Positions 47,955 to 59,279 of a stretch of DNA of 64,000 nt are shown piece by piece. Under the pieces are notes generated by a model. It did no database searches. It had not been told where the DNA came from and worked only from the letters and a program-made list of their open reading frames with translations. Position numbers and translations under genes: made by a program. The stretch spans positions 24,366,001 through 24,430,000 of the forward strand of contig CM069165.1 of the NCBI GenBank assembly GCA_035221665.1. The letters are read 5' to 3'. Position 1 is the first letter of the stretch; each line of letters opens with the position of its first letter. Source of the DNA: Okamejei kenojei (Eukaryota).

Positions 47955-48217
47955 ACTTATAGTGGAGACATATCCATTGAATTGCTATCTTTGTTTAAAG
48001 GGATCAAAGACTGAGTTTACGGAAATGTGTTAAATTATCACGCTCAAACTGCCGAATATCACATCTTCATTGTCAATTTACATTTTAGTAAGTGAAGGGG
48101 GGGATTTGCAAGCACAAATTATGTTGAGCTTTTGTCAGAGATTTCCTGTCTACCTTGTTTCACTGTGTATTTCAGTTCACAGTTAAGTGTTGAATATTCA
48201 CCGACTGGGTAAACTAA

Positions 48218-48423
48218 AGGGCGTGTCCCACTTGGGCGTCATTTGCGCCTCACGCAGATGGCGCGCAAAGATTTTGTACATCCCAAAATCCGGGGGCGCC
48301 GCGCGCGACCCTGCCTACGTCACCACGCACCGTGCGTGCGTAATGCGGACCATGCGCACATCATGTGTGCGTCGTGACGCGTAAATGATGTCGCGTAAAT
48401 GACACCCAAGTGGGACAGGCCCT
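48218..48423. mobile_element. PIF/Harbinger-type MITE with TAA TSD
   Basis: TAA|AGGGCGTGTCCCACTTGGGCGTCATTT ... AAATGACACCCAAGTGGGACAGGCCCT|TAA. Confidence 0.88.
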
Positions 48424-48477
48424 TAAGAGATATTTGAAATATCGGGATAAGTATGGATGGCTTTCACTTCAAGCGAA

Positions 48478-48657
48478 GAAAAAACTGCTGGAGGAACTCA
48501 ACAGGTCAGGCAGCATCTGTGGAAGGAAATGGACAGATGGCATTTTAGATTGGGATCTTTCTTCATCTCTATTTCCTTCCGCAGATGCTGCGTGCCCCAT
48601 TGGATTCCTCCAGAAATTTGTATTCCGGTCAAGATTCCAGTTTCTGCTGTCTCTTGC
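48478..48657. mobile_element. Penelope-derived inverted element, degenerate
   Basis: TGCTGGAGGAACTCAACAGGTCAGGCAGCATCTGTGG...CGCAGATGCTGC. Confidence 0.7.
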
Positions 48658-48662
48658 TTTTA

Positions 48663-48985
48663 GTTGAGTTTAGTTTAGAGATACAGCAGGGAAACAGGCC
48701 CTTCGGCCCACCGGGTCCGAGCCGACCGGCGATCTCCGCACATTAAACCAGTACTACACCCAAGAGTGACAATTTTGACATTTACCAAGCCAATTAACCT
48801 ACAAACCTGGATGTCTTTGGAATGTGGGAGGAACCCGAAGATCTCGGAAAAAAACCCATGCTGGGCATGGGGACAACGTGCAAACTCCGTACTGGCAGCA
48901 CCAGTGGTCGGGATCGAACCCGGGTCTCCGGCGCTGCATTCGCTGTAAGGCAAAAACTCCAGCACTGCACCACCATGACTGCCCC
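48663..48985 (-). mobile_element. V-SINE (HE1-like)
   Basis: Full-length reverse copy: (TTTAG)n AGATACAGC...GGCCCTTCGGCCCA ... GGGATCGAACCCGGGTCTC. Confidence 0.9.
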
Positions 48986-49408
48986 TGTTTGCTTTTAATA
49001 GCATTTCTTTGAAGAAGAGCAAGAATGTTGTCTGTGTCTTGGTCAACATTTTGTTTTGAACAATTACAACTGAAATTAAATTCATGTTAATATAATATAA
49101 GATTAATTTGGCATCTTTGTTTAGATAAGAGCAGTTAGCACATTACCTGTTTGACATTTTGACAGTCCACTAACCAATTAAATCCTATTGGTCATAATTT
49201 TTTTTAATATGCATTCACAATCTGCTTTTGTTGTCTCTTTCGGAAATTGTGCAAAACTCGGTGATCATGCTTTAAAGTTTTAAAATTAAAAGTTTGATTT
49301 TATGTTTCCTGTACTTATATTCTTTGATTTGACTACACCTGGAACAAACTAATTCTTGGAATTATATGAACTTCACGTCAGTGTGCGAGTTTGACTGCTC
49401 TGTTGTAA

Positions 49409-49633
49409 AGGGCCTGTCCCATTTTCACGACCTAATTCACGATCTTTTTTACTCGTGGACGTTTTTCATCAGGCTGGAAAAACGCCCCGACCTACTTGAT
49501 GCCACGAGTACCTACGACTAGCATCACGACCTACTACGACCTACCTACGACCTCCTATGACCTTGTGACGACCATGCTGCGAGTATGAGTCCAGGGCAAA
49601 CTCGGCAGAGGTCGTGAAAGTGGGACAGGCCTA
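49409..49633. mobile_element. PIF/Harbinger-type MITE
   Basis: AGGGCCTGTCCCATTTTCACGACCT ... AGGTCGTGAAAGTGGGACAGGCC with internal CGACCTAC repeats. Confidence 0.82.
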
Positions 49634-50452
49634 TGAAGATGATTGAATATGTGCGATAGTTATGGAGCATTTTGTAAAACCCAGATTTTTACTGAGGGAT
49701 AATCAACAAAATCTGGTCAGTTCACAATTTTTTCACCTGTTTTTCATGATCTGTTTTTAAAGAATGTATTTATCAAAATGTAAATTTCCTCCTGTAAATA
49801 CAGATTCCTACCTTTATTCGTCGATTTGCTATCAAAAAGAAAAAATTTGCAACAAGATTGAGGAAAGATTAATCAAACTAATAACTAAATAAGGTTGGGA
49901 AATGTTTCATGGGCAATACGGTATATATTAATACAGTATATATTCCATCAAACTTCACCTGGTCTAGATCTTCTTTGAAGGGAAATATGAATATCTATGG
50001 AAAGCATTGTTTTTATTAGGATACCTGCATGGATACGGAGAATGCACCCTCTTTTCAGCTGGTGTTTTCAAAGTGATTTTTTATCTCCTTTAGATATCTG
50101 TTTTATGGTCACTTGATGCTAATCGCTACATCCCCAAGATATGCTACAGAACTTCAAAGGAGTGTCTTGTGTCCAATATTCTTCAGCTGCTATGTCCCTC
50201 CAGCACAATATCAGACGTGCAGATGTTCGCTGCTGAAAGCAGAGTTCACTTCCACTCGCAGCTCCCCAGATAATAAAGCAATCTGTGGCCGCGTGCATCA
50301 GAACCTGTGCGCAGTGGAGCGCAATCAAAGACGAGTCTCACCCCGGACACTCCCTCTTCTCCCCTCTTCCCATCAGTTAAGAGGTCTAAAAGTGTGAAAA
50401 CACATACCTCCAGATACAGGGACAGTTTCTTCCCAGCTGTTATCAGGCAACT

Positions 50453-50645
50453 TCTTCTTCCGTGTCCATCTTCCATGTTTCAAATGTTGGCCTCGCTGTC
50501 ATCGTCCACCCTGAAAAGGACCCAAGCTTCTGGCGACAATCAGTGGGAGCCATCACTTGTTGCAATAGATGATGGTGGTAACAGAATTAGCTCAGGATAC
50601 TTCCAGTTTCCAGCCCCGCGACGTGAACGCTTCTGCTATGGGGCC
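50453..50645 (-). mobile_element. Short retroposon with 5' CPEB3-like HDV ribozyme and (GAA)n tail (family B)
   Basis: TSD ATC(A/G)GGCAACT at 50442-50452 and 50646-50656; 3' end GGACACGGAAGAAGA; inserted in a Rex1 remnant. Confidence 0.85.
50579..50645 (-). ncRNA. HDV-like (CPEB3-like) self-cleaving ribozyme
   Basis: GGCCCC A UAGCAGAA GCG UUCACGU CGC GGGGCU GG AAACUGGAAGUAUCCUGAG CUAA UUCUGUUA: P1 6 bp with G1.U, P2 8 bp, P3 GCG/CGC, L3 UUCACGU, J4/2 CUAA. Confidence 0.8.
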
Positions 50646-51369
50646 ATCGGGCAACTGAACCATGTGATTACCAACTAGAGAACAGCTCTGGGCTACCATC
50701 TACCTCATTGGAGATGATCGAACTATCTTTAGTCCAACTATCTTGCACTAAACTTTATACCCTTATCCATGTGCTGCGAATGGCTTGATTGTAATTATGA
50801 TTGTAATATTTCCACTGGCTGGATAGCATGGAACTAAAAGGATTTTCACTGTACTTTGGTATTGATAACAATGAACTTTCTGAAATGAAAAAAAGTTCTT
50901 TGTTGAACTTCTTCATGACCATGTGCCAATCCCAAACTGTGAGTCTCTCTCAACCTCCTGGGATGTTCATGGAATTCTTCCGTTCCCATCAACACACTGG
51001 GAGTCATCACCGAATGTTATCTTAACTCGATCTGTCACATAAATACTGCAGTTAGTCTACACTAAAGGCCAGGAAGAAATATTACAAATTCCATTAAAGG
51101 CACTGCATATATCGGCTTTCCAATAAAGTTTTGTCCAGGACTGAATATAAATGTTGGGCAACTTGATGGAATTTTGGTTCTGGAACATGACATGCTGGCT
51201 CAGCCTGTGATACCTACATCCCTAGAATTAATTAAACATCAAAGAAGAAATGTACACAATTAAAACTAGGATGCATACATTTTGCTGGAGTCCGGGCAAG
51301 GTTTGAGCAGTGCATTCACTTAGGACTAACTCATTATTTTTCAATGATTGTAGAACATAGAGGAGCAAT

Positions 51370-51812
51370 GTTGGTTAGGGTCATGGGCACAGCCTGGAAC
51401 TCCCTCCCCCCCCCCGCCCCCCCACCGCACACCTCCATCAACAGCATTTACCATCAAGGGTTCCCATCATCTGGACCATGCCATATTCTCGGATAACATC
51501 AGGCAGAAGTTACAGGAGCATTGAATTCCCACACCACCAGGTTCAGCAACAATTACATATCTACAACCATCAGGTTCTTGACCAACCTCTACAATCTGTG
51601 GAATTCTTTGCCACAGAAGGCTGTGGAGGCAAAGTCAGTGGATATATTTAAGGCAGAGATAGATTCCTGATTGGTACAGGTGTCAGAGGTTATGGGGAGA
51701 AGGCAGGAGAATGGGGTAAGGAGGGAGAGATAGATCAGCCATGATTGAAAGGCGGGGTAGACTTGATGGGCCAAATGGCCTAATTCTACTCCTATCCACT
51801 TACGATCTTATG
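51370..51812 (+). mobile_element. Degenerate Rex1 3' fragment followed by a CR1 3' end (51588-51812)
   Basis: CATCAGGCAGAAGTTACAGGAGC...CCATCAGGTTCTTGA; then AATCTGTGGAATTCTTTGCCACAGAAGGCTGTGGAGGC. Confidence 0.75.
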
Positions 51813-52255
51813 AAACCTAATCCTGCCCGGACAACATAGCATTATGGTCTACCTCTTGCACTACCTCTTGTTACATTTTCTAATTCTGTTTTTGCGCTAA
51901 TGTCTTTTTCTTCGCACCACACCTGGCAATTAACACCCACTGATTTGCCTTGTGTGGTTTTTCCGTGCGGCACTTTCCTCCCACATCCCAAAATGGGTGG
52001 GTGAACTGGCTACTGTAAATTAGCTCCTGTGCCCAAAGTTGGAAGGACAATCAGAAAGCTGATGGATATGTGATAGAAGAAATATTACAGGGAAATAAGT
52101 GGGGGAATCAGACTGGCAGAACTACTTGAGATTCGAAATGATCTCCATGGGCTAAATGGCCTTCTTCAATGCCACATTAACATCTGTGGTCATATCAATC
52201 TGCTCAGAGATATCACCAAGATATCACTATTTTGTACCCAACCAGTCCGGAATTT

Positions 52256-52450
52256 GGACGGAAAATGCTGGAGTAACTCAGCGTGACAGGCAGCATCACT
52301 GGATAGAAGGAATGGGTGACGTTTCTGGATGTGACAGCTTGAAACAGCACCCATTCCTTCTATCTGGAAATGCTGCCTGTCCCCTGAGTTACTCCAGCAT
52401 TTTGTGTCTATCTTTGGTGTAAACCAGCATCTGCAGTTGCCTCATACACA
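52256..52450. mobile_element. Penelope-derived inverted element
   Basis: AAAATGCTGGAGTAACTCAG ... CTGAGTTACTCCAGCATTTT inverted arms. Confidence 0.8.
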
Positions 52451-53237
52451 GTATGTAATTTAAGTAGCCCTATGAATTTTGAATTTGTGTCGTAAATTTA
52501 AGTGCAACACTGTAGGTCAGTGATTATGGTTCGTGGGGAAGTGTATGGAAATCCTAAAGATGGTATTTAATGGGGTTTTAATTAAGTTCTGATCCGAGTA
52601 AGATAGCTGCTTAAATGTGTCTTAAGATTACTTATTATTCACTTTTATTAAATCAAATGCGGAATTATAGGTAACAGGCATTTTCTTGATTAAGACAACT
52701 TCAGAGTTGGTAGATATTTGGGTCTGTCTGCACTCATTTAATTAAAAAGAAAGTTGCACCTGGAATAACAATTGCATCTCGTATTGCTGGTAATGGAGCT
52801 GAACATATAGCTGGTTTGAAAATTGAAAATGATTAGTCTGTGCTTTGCTCAGTGATAAGTAGCATATTTATTGAAAACATTTGTTGCAGTTAAATAGCTC
52901 GGAATGATGCATGGTTGAACTCTGGAACAGATCTGCTTTCTGCTCAAAGTTCAGTGTGGACTTATTATGAAGCGAAAAGATTGAGGATAAGATTATGCTG
53001 GCCAGTTATTTGTACTTAAAAGGTTGAGATATCACATAAATTGCTATTGTAGAAATCAGCAGCAGTTGTGGACTTGCAGTCAGCAGCTGCAGTTTACCTG
53101 CTCCTCTTGTTAAGGTTTCAGATATTGTGGAAAAACATTTCTGTCCAGGTAAACCATACTATACGCAAGTACAATCATACTGCACTTGAGAACCAACCAG
53201 TCATACATGAGTTCACCGGGTAGTGCAAAAGGAAAAG

Positions 53238-53507
53238 CGACGCAGTGGTGCTGTGGTAAAGTTCCTGCCTTAAGTGCCAGAGCCCCAAGTTCGATCTTGA
53301 CTACGGGTGCTGTCTGTACGGAGTTTGTACGTTCTCTCCCTGACCACTTGGGGTCTGATTTCCTCCCGCACTCCAAAGATGTGCAAGTTTGTAGGTTAAT
53401 TGGCCTTGGTAACATTGTATATTGTCCCTTGTGAGGAGGATAGTGTTCGTGTACAGAGTGATCCTCGGTCGGTGTGGGCCAAAGGGCCTGTTTCCACACT
53501 GCATCTC
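53238..53507 (+). mobile_element. V-SINE (HE1-like)
   Basis: AGTTCGATCTTGACTACGGGTGCTGTCTGTACGGAGTTTGTACG ... GGGCCAAAGGGCCTGTTTCC. Confidence 0.85.
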
Positions 53508-53614
53508 AGAAGTCCAAAGACTAGATTTTCAGATTCTGGGTGCTAACAAAAATGTTCCTCAGATCCTCTGAACTTCCTAACCCTCATCCTAAACATATGC
53601 CTCCATGTTATAGT

Positions 53615-53841
53615 TTAAGAAGGAACTGCAGATGCTAGAAAATCGAAGGTAGAAAAAAATCCTGGAGAAACTCAGCGGGTGAGGCAGCATCTATGGTGCG
53701 AAGGAAATGGGCGACGTTTGGGGTCGAGTCCATTCTTCAGACTTGCATTAGAAGGGTCTCGACCCGAAACTTTGCCTATTTCCTTCGCTCCATATATGTT
53801 GCCTCACCCGCTGAGTTTCTCCAGCATTTTTGTCTACCTTC
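53615..53841. mobile_element. Penelope-derived inverted element
   Basis: CTGGAGAAACTCAGCGGGTGAGGCA ... TGCCTCACCCGCTGAGTTTCTCCAG arms around AGAAGGGTCTCGACCCGAAAC. Confidence 0.85.
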
Positions 53842-53854
53842 ATATTATAGGATA

Positions 53855-54535
53855 CTTGGATGGAACTGGGTCCTCCTAACAAATAAATTGATTTATTATC
53901 ATCTGGCCTGTTTTCCTGGCACAGTCCCAAATGTATTATTGGTACCTGGGCAAACGATGTTTCCAGTCCATGAAGTATATCTTTGGCAGTCAAGCAGATC
54001 TTCTGTTGATCTGTGGGTGTCAAGTTTGACTATAGACATGGAACCAGAAGCCCTCTGCATGTTCACACACAAGTGCCCGAGGAGACGGCACAACATGCAC
54101 ATTCCCCTTTCTATCCCATCTTGGCAAGCCCCTCTTCATGTTGCAGCTGCCCAGAGCCAATTGCCTGAAGGATCCAAACACCAGCAATTTCTTGGTTAGG
54201 CTGGCCACTGATCTGGTCCTATCTCATGTAATGCCCACATGCTTCTTGGTTTCTTGGTCCTCCAAAATATTCCAAATGGAATTTAATATTTTGGAGGACC
54301 AAGAAACCACAGGCACTTGTGTGTGAACATGCAGAGGGCTTCTGGTTCCATGTCTTTTCGTCAAACTTGACACCCACCGATCAACAGAAGATCTGCTTGA
54401 CTGCCGAAGATATATTTCATGGACTGGAAACATGGTTTGCCCAGGGACCAATAATACATTTGGGACTGTGCCAGGAAAACAGGCCAAATGATAATAAATC
54501 CATTTATTTGTTAGGAGGACCCATTTCAATCCAAG
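53855..54535. repeat. Large inverted repeat (about 223 bp arms) with an internal 25 bp perfect hairpin
   Basis: 53855-54077 vs 54312-54535 are reverse-complementary with scattered mismatches; inner arms at 54247-54271 and 54285-54309. Confidence 0.92.
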
Positions 54536-55506
54536 AAGAGTTGCTCAAAAGGAATGAGAGCTTCTGTAAATAATATTCCCCTTGGTCATCCTAGTGTACC
54601 ATGGACAGCTACAGAGTCCTACACTCATCTTGGTGAACTTGATGCATACGAACAATCAAATGTCACTTGCTTCCAGTGAGCACACCTCAATGAAAATGAA
54701 CCAAACTAGAATTATTAATTAAAAAATTTGATATCCAAATTAGGTGGTCAAATCTCCACAGCTGCTTGTGAGCAAAGTTTTGAAAGAATTTTAAAAAGAA
54801 TATGATAACGAAAAACATGAGTAATATTCTGGACCAGATCCAGTGAACTGTTTACGCATCCAATAAAAGAAACAGCAAACAATCTGATTTAAGATTGCAC
54901 TTTCCAAATTCAAGCCATTTGTTATTGATATCTTAGGTTTATTTACCAATATGTGCCATTAATTATTTGCGATGAATATAGGTTTCAAGATGCAATTTGG
55001 GAATACGCAGACAGGTTGTGAAGGAGTTTAAGTTGACTACTTTTGACTGTGAAGGATTTGGCACCCACTGTCTAGTCATTAACCAATCACATGTGAACCA
55101 ACGGCCAGAAGACTGTCAGCTGAAGTACAGCTGGCCTGGTTTATGTCTGACCTGTTTGGAATTTTACTCTAATGTAAAACAGTTACCTAACTTTTCATAA
55201 CTGGCATTTGCAAAAAACATCAGTTCTGAACATCTGTTTGGAAATTTGTAATTATTACAACTGTAATTATTTTATTACATGAATTTGAATATTCGTGTCT
55301 TCAACAATTTAAACAAATTATTGGAAATATAGATTTTAGAGATGGCATGGGCAAACATACTTTCTCCAGATTTGGTCTGTTAACATTTACAAGTAAATAA
55401 ACAATTGATACTTGCATCTTTTTCATATTACAACAATTATGCCACTATCAAAGTACTTTATTGGGTTCAAGTTTCTTTGGAACACCCTTGTGTCCTGAAA
55501 GGCATA

Positions 55507-55648
55507 GGTAGACAAAAGTCTGAAGAAGGGTTTCGGCCTGAAACGTTGCCTATTTCCTTCGCTCCATAGATGCTGCCTCACCCGCTGAGTTTCTCCAGCA
55601 TTTTTGTCTACCTTTGATTTTCCTGCAACTGCAGTTCCTTCTTGAACA
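55507..55648 (+). mobile_element. Penelope-derived short element with hammerhead core and 14 bp TSD
   Basis: CTGAAGAAGGGTTTCGGCCTGAAACGTT at 55520; TCCTGAAAGGCATA at 55493-55506 and 55649-55662. Confidence 0.85.
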
Positions 55649-55662
55649 TCCTGAAAGGCATA

Positions 55663-56020
55663 TAGCCCTGTCCCACGGTGCAAGATCATTCCAAGAGCTC
55701 TCCCAAGTTTGCCCTGATTCGTACTCGTAGATTTACGGTAATGGCCACTCATTGGTACTCGGGGCTCTCGTGGACATCTTTCAACGTGTTGAGAAATCTT
55801 CACGAGTCTTCCCGTGCTTACCTGCCATTAGCGAGTCTTCCCAAGTAGCTGCCATTAGCGAGTCTTCCCGAGTACCTGCCGTTTGCATTATGAACCGATA
55901 AGAGATGTCTTTGAGCTCTGACGTACCCACTACGTTCATTCTCCGTGCTTACCAAGAGTTTGATTTTTTTTTAAACTTGGGAGAGCACTTCAAATGAACT
56001 CGCATCGTGGGACAGGGCTA
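55663..56020. mobile_element. PIF/Harbinger-type MITE
   Basis: TAGCCCTGTCCCACG ... CGTGGGACAGGGCTA; same family as 33124-33436. Confidence 0.85.
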
Positions 56021-56059
56021 TTTGTTTGTTGCAAACTAACCTTAGTGCTTTAGTACTTA

Positions 56060-57458
56060 TAGTGGCTTGCAAAAGTATTCATACCCCTTGAACTTTTCCA
56101 CATTTTGTCACGTTACAACCACAAACGTAAATGTATTTTATTGGGATTTTATGTGATAGACCAACACAAATTGGTGCATAATTGTGAAGAGGAAGGAAAA
56201 TGATACATGGTTTCCAAATTTTATTACAAATAAAAAACTGAAAAGTGTGGCGTGCAAAATTATTCAGCCCCCCTGAGTCAATATTTTGTAGAACCACCTT
56301 TCGCTGCAATTACAGCTGCAAATCTTTTGGGGTATGTCTCTACCAGCTTTGCACATCTAGAGACTGAAATTTTGCCCATTCTTCTTTGCAAAATAGCTCA
56401 AGCTCAGTCAGATTGGATGGAGAGCGTCTGTGAACAGCAATTTTCAAGTCTTGCCAGAGATTCTCAATTGGATTTAGGTCTGGACTTTGACTGGGCCATT
56501 CTAACACATGAATATGCTTTGATCTAAACCATTCCATTGTAGCTCTGGCTGTATGTTTCGTTGTCCTGCTGGAAGGTGAACCTCTGCCCCAGTCTCAAGT
56601 CTTTTGCAGACTCTAACAGTTTTTCTTCCAAGATTGCCCTGTATTTGGCTCCATCCATCTTCCCATCAACTCTGACCAGCTTCCCTGACCCTGCTGAAGA
56701 AAAGCATCCCCACAGCATGATGCTGCCACCACCATGTTTCACAGTGGGGATGGTGTGTTCAGGGTGATGTGCAGTGTTAGTTTTCTGCCACACATAGCAT
56801 TTTGCATGTAGGACAAAAACTTCAATTTTGGTCTCATCAGACCAGAGCACCTTTCGCCACATGATTGTTGTGTCCCCCACATGGCTTGTGGCAAACTGCA
56901 AACGGGACTTCTTATGGCTTTGTTTGCAGTTGTGCCATACTCTTTCCATTTTCGGATGATGGATTGAATAGTGCTCCGTGAGAAGTTCAAAGCTTGGGAT
57001 ATTTTTTTATAACCTAACCCTGCTTTAAACTTCTCCACAACTTTATCCCTGACCTGTCTGGTGTGTTCCTTGGGCTTCATGACGCTGTTTGTTCACTAAT
57101 GTTCGCTAACAAACCTCTGAGGCCTTCACAGAACAGCTGCATTTATACTGAGATTAGATTACACACAAGTGGACTCTATTTAATAATTAGGTGACTTCTG
57201 AAGGCAATTGGTTGCAATGGATTTTATTTAGGGGTATCAGAGTAAAGGGGGCTGAATACTTTTGCACGCCACACTTTTCAGTTTTTTATTTGTAAAAAAA
57301 TTTGAAAACCATTTATCATTGTCCTTCCACTTCACAATTATGCACCACTTTGTGTTGGTCTATCACAAAAAATCCCAATAAAATACATTTACGTTTGTGA
57401 TTGTAACGTGACAAAATGTGGAAAAGTTCATGGGGTATGAAACTTTTGCAAGCCACTG
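56060..57458 (-). mobile_element. Tc1-type DNA transposon, internally deleted
   Basis: TA TSD on both sides and about 215 bp TIRs ((C/T)AGTGGCTTGCAAAAGT). Transposase pieces [75 protein letters not shown]. Confidence 0.95.
56283..57080 (-). pseudogene. Tc1 DD34E-type transposase pseudogene
   Basis: Three partial ORFs (56739-57080, 56524-56949, 56340-56537) joined by a deletion after GTTAN and by frameshifts. Confidence 0.9.
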
Positions 57459-58769
57459 TAGATTCATTTTGTTGTATATGCTGAAAGTCACAATTTATTT
57501 CACCAATCTTTAACTATTTTTAACAATGTTTAAAACGGTATAATTTGATCAATTGCTACATTAATTGCTGCCATAATTGTTAAAAAAGTGCAACTCCAAA
57601 TTTAATCCAGATAAAATTAAGATATATTTAGTTCAAAAGGAGGAATGGCCAAAATAACTTGCTCCATATTGTCCTGTTGATGTTGAAATTACTTCAGAGT
57701 TTCTTCTGGACTGATCTGCAGTCCGGTTACCTGATCCTGTGCCGGAATCGGATCAGCTGAATCTAGATTCTTCCTGCACAGTTTCCTCCAGATTAATGTG
57801 AGACAGAAAAATGTGGATAGGTTTCTCTAATCTTGGTGCCCATTGCTCTCACAGTCTTTTTTTTCCTTTTACCGCCTTGCAGAATTTTATGAGTATTTCA
57901 TGTACCATCTTTATATTTGTCTGACATTCTATGCCTGTGATGCTACAGCAAACAGGATTAGCACTGTACCTGTGCTTCACCAAAGTTGTGCACATGACAA
58001 TAAATGTGACTTGACTTGATGTCAATTGTTGGAAGCCATTGAGCACCATGACAACCTCTTCTGCAGGGAGTGTGTGCAGCTCAAACTACCTTGGTTCAGA
58101 GATGATGATCTGGAGCCCAAACATCAGACAGAAAGAGATGATATCTGGATGCGTTGTTCCAGGAAGTAGCCAACCCCATTGGATTAAGTACCGTAGAATT
58201 GGTCAGTCAAGAGGCACAGGAGAGTGTGACTGTTAATAAGGCAAATATGGGGAAACAGACGGTAGTCTTTTGCAGCACCTTTGGCCCTCCACTCCAGCAG
58301 ATGAGATGTTCTTCCAACAGATCTTTATGTTCAAAATCATAGGAACAGGGGTTTTCAATAGGAAAACTGGGGTGAAAATAAAATTGGAGAATCTTATCTG
58401 AATACACAAATAATTTACAACAACAATTAATTTAGAAAATAAATAGATACAATCTAATACTCATTGTGTAGACATGGTAATAAAATGACCAAGGCTGCGA
58501 AATTAATACTTTAGGATAGTTTAAGAGATTTGAAGCAAAGTGGAAATGGCATTGGGACATTCTGCTGTTGATGAATAGAGCAAGAGCAGAGAAGGATTTA
58601 GCTCAGATTAAACAGAAGAATCATTTTGGGTGGAACTAAGAAACAGTAATGGACAGAAAGAAGGGGGGAGGGGGTGTTGTATATTTGCCTCTAGACAACA
58701 GGGTGTAATATAAATCAGGAAATTAGAAGTGTAAAAAGAGTAATACAATAACTCTAAGTTATTGTATCT

Positions 58770-58903
58770 GTCTGAAGTCTGGAGAAGGGTTTCGACCCAA
58801 AACATTGTCTTTCCTTCGCTCCATAGATGCTGCCTCACCCGCTGAGTTTCTCCAGCATTTTGTCTACCTTCGATTTCCCAGCATCTGCAGTTCCTTCTTA
58901 AAC
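58770..58903 (+). mobile_element. Penelope-derived short element
   Basis: Family body; AATACAATAAC duplicated at 58742-58752 and 58904-58914. Confidence 0.8.
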
Positions 58904-59279
58904 AATACAATAACCAGGCTTGTATCTCCATGTAGACTGGGTCAAACCAAATGAGCAAAGACGGGATGGAGAATGAACACATGGAACAGATAAGAAATTG
59001 TTTTCAATGTTGAGGAACCAACAATGTAACAAGATATTTGAAATATTGTATAATATCATGAGAAATTGATCAATTAATTATCTTGTTGGTTAAGAGTCTT
59101 TATGGAACACTGATCATAATATGATAGAATTTGATTGAAAATAATTGTGTTCATTCTGAAATTAGTGCTTTAAATCCAAATGAAACAAGCAATAAAGGAA
59201 TGAAATGGCTGTGATAGTTTGGGAAATTACCATGGAGTGTATAATGATAAATGTAATGGCTTAAATAAAAAAAAAAACC

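Larger units (their letters stand above)
50325..50880 (+). mobile_element. Rex1-type LINE 3' end, split by the ribozyme retroposon
   Basis: FPSVKRSKSVKTHTSRYRDSFFPAVIRQL|N continues after 50656 into the 3' UTR. Confidence 0.75.

Noticed and set aside
49371-49385. Additional TTCACGT (HDV L3-like) motif
   Set aside because: No flanking P3/P1/P2 complementarity, tail or TSD.
50579-50645. Orthologue of the mammalian CPEB3 intronic ribozyme, or a CPEB3 locus
   Set aside because: No CPEB exons are visible. The motif is inside a TSD-flanked insertion within a Rex1 remnant, so it is a lineage-specific mobile copy, not a syntenic orthologue.
53693-54573. Pair of similar ORFs on opposite strands suggesting duplicated genes
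   Set aside because: A consequence of the inverted repeat; the first ORF starts in a Penelope element and no domain is recognisable.
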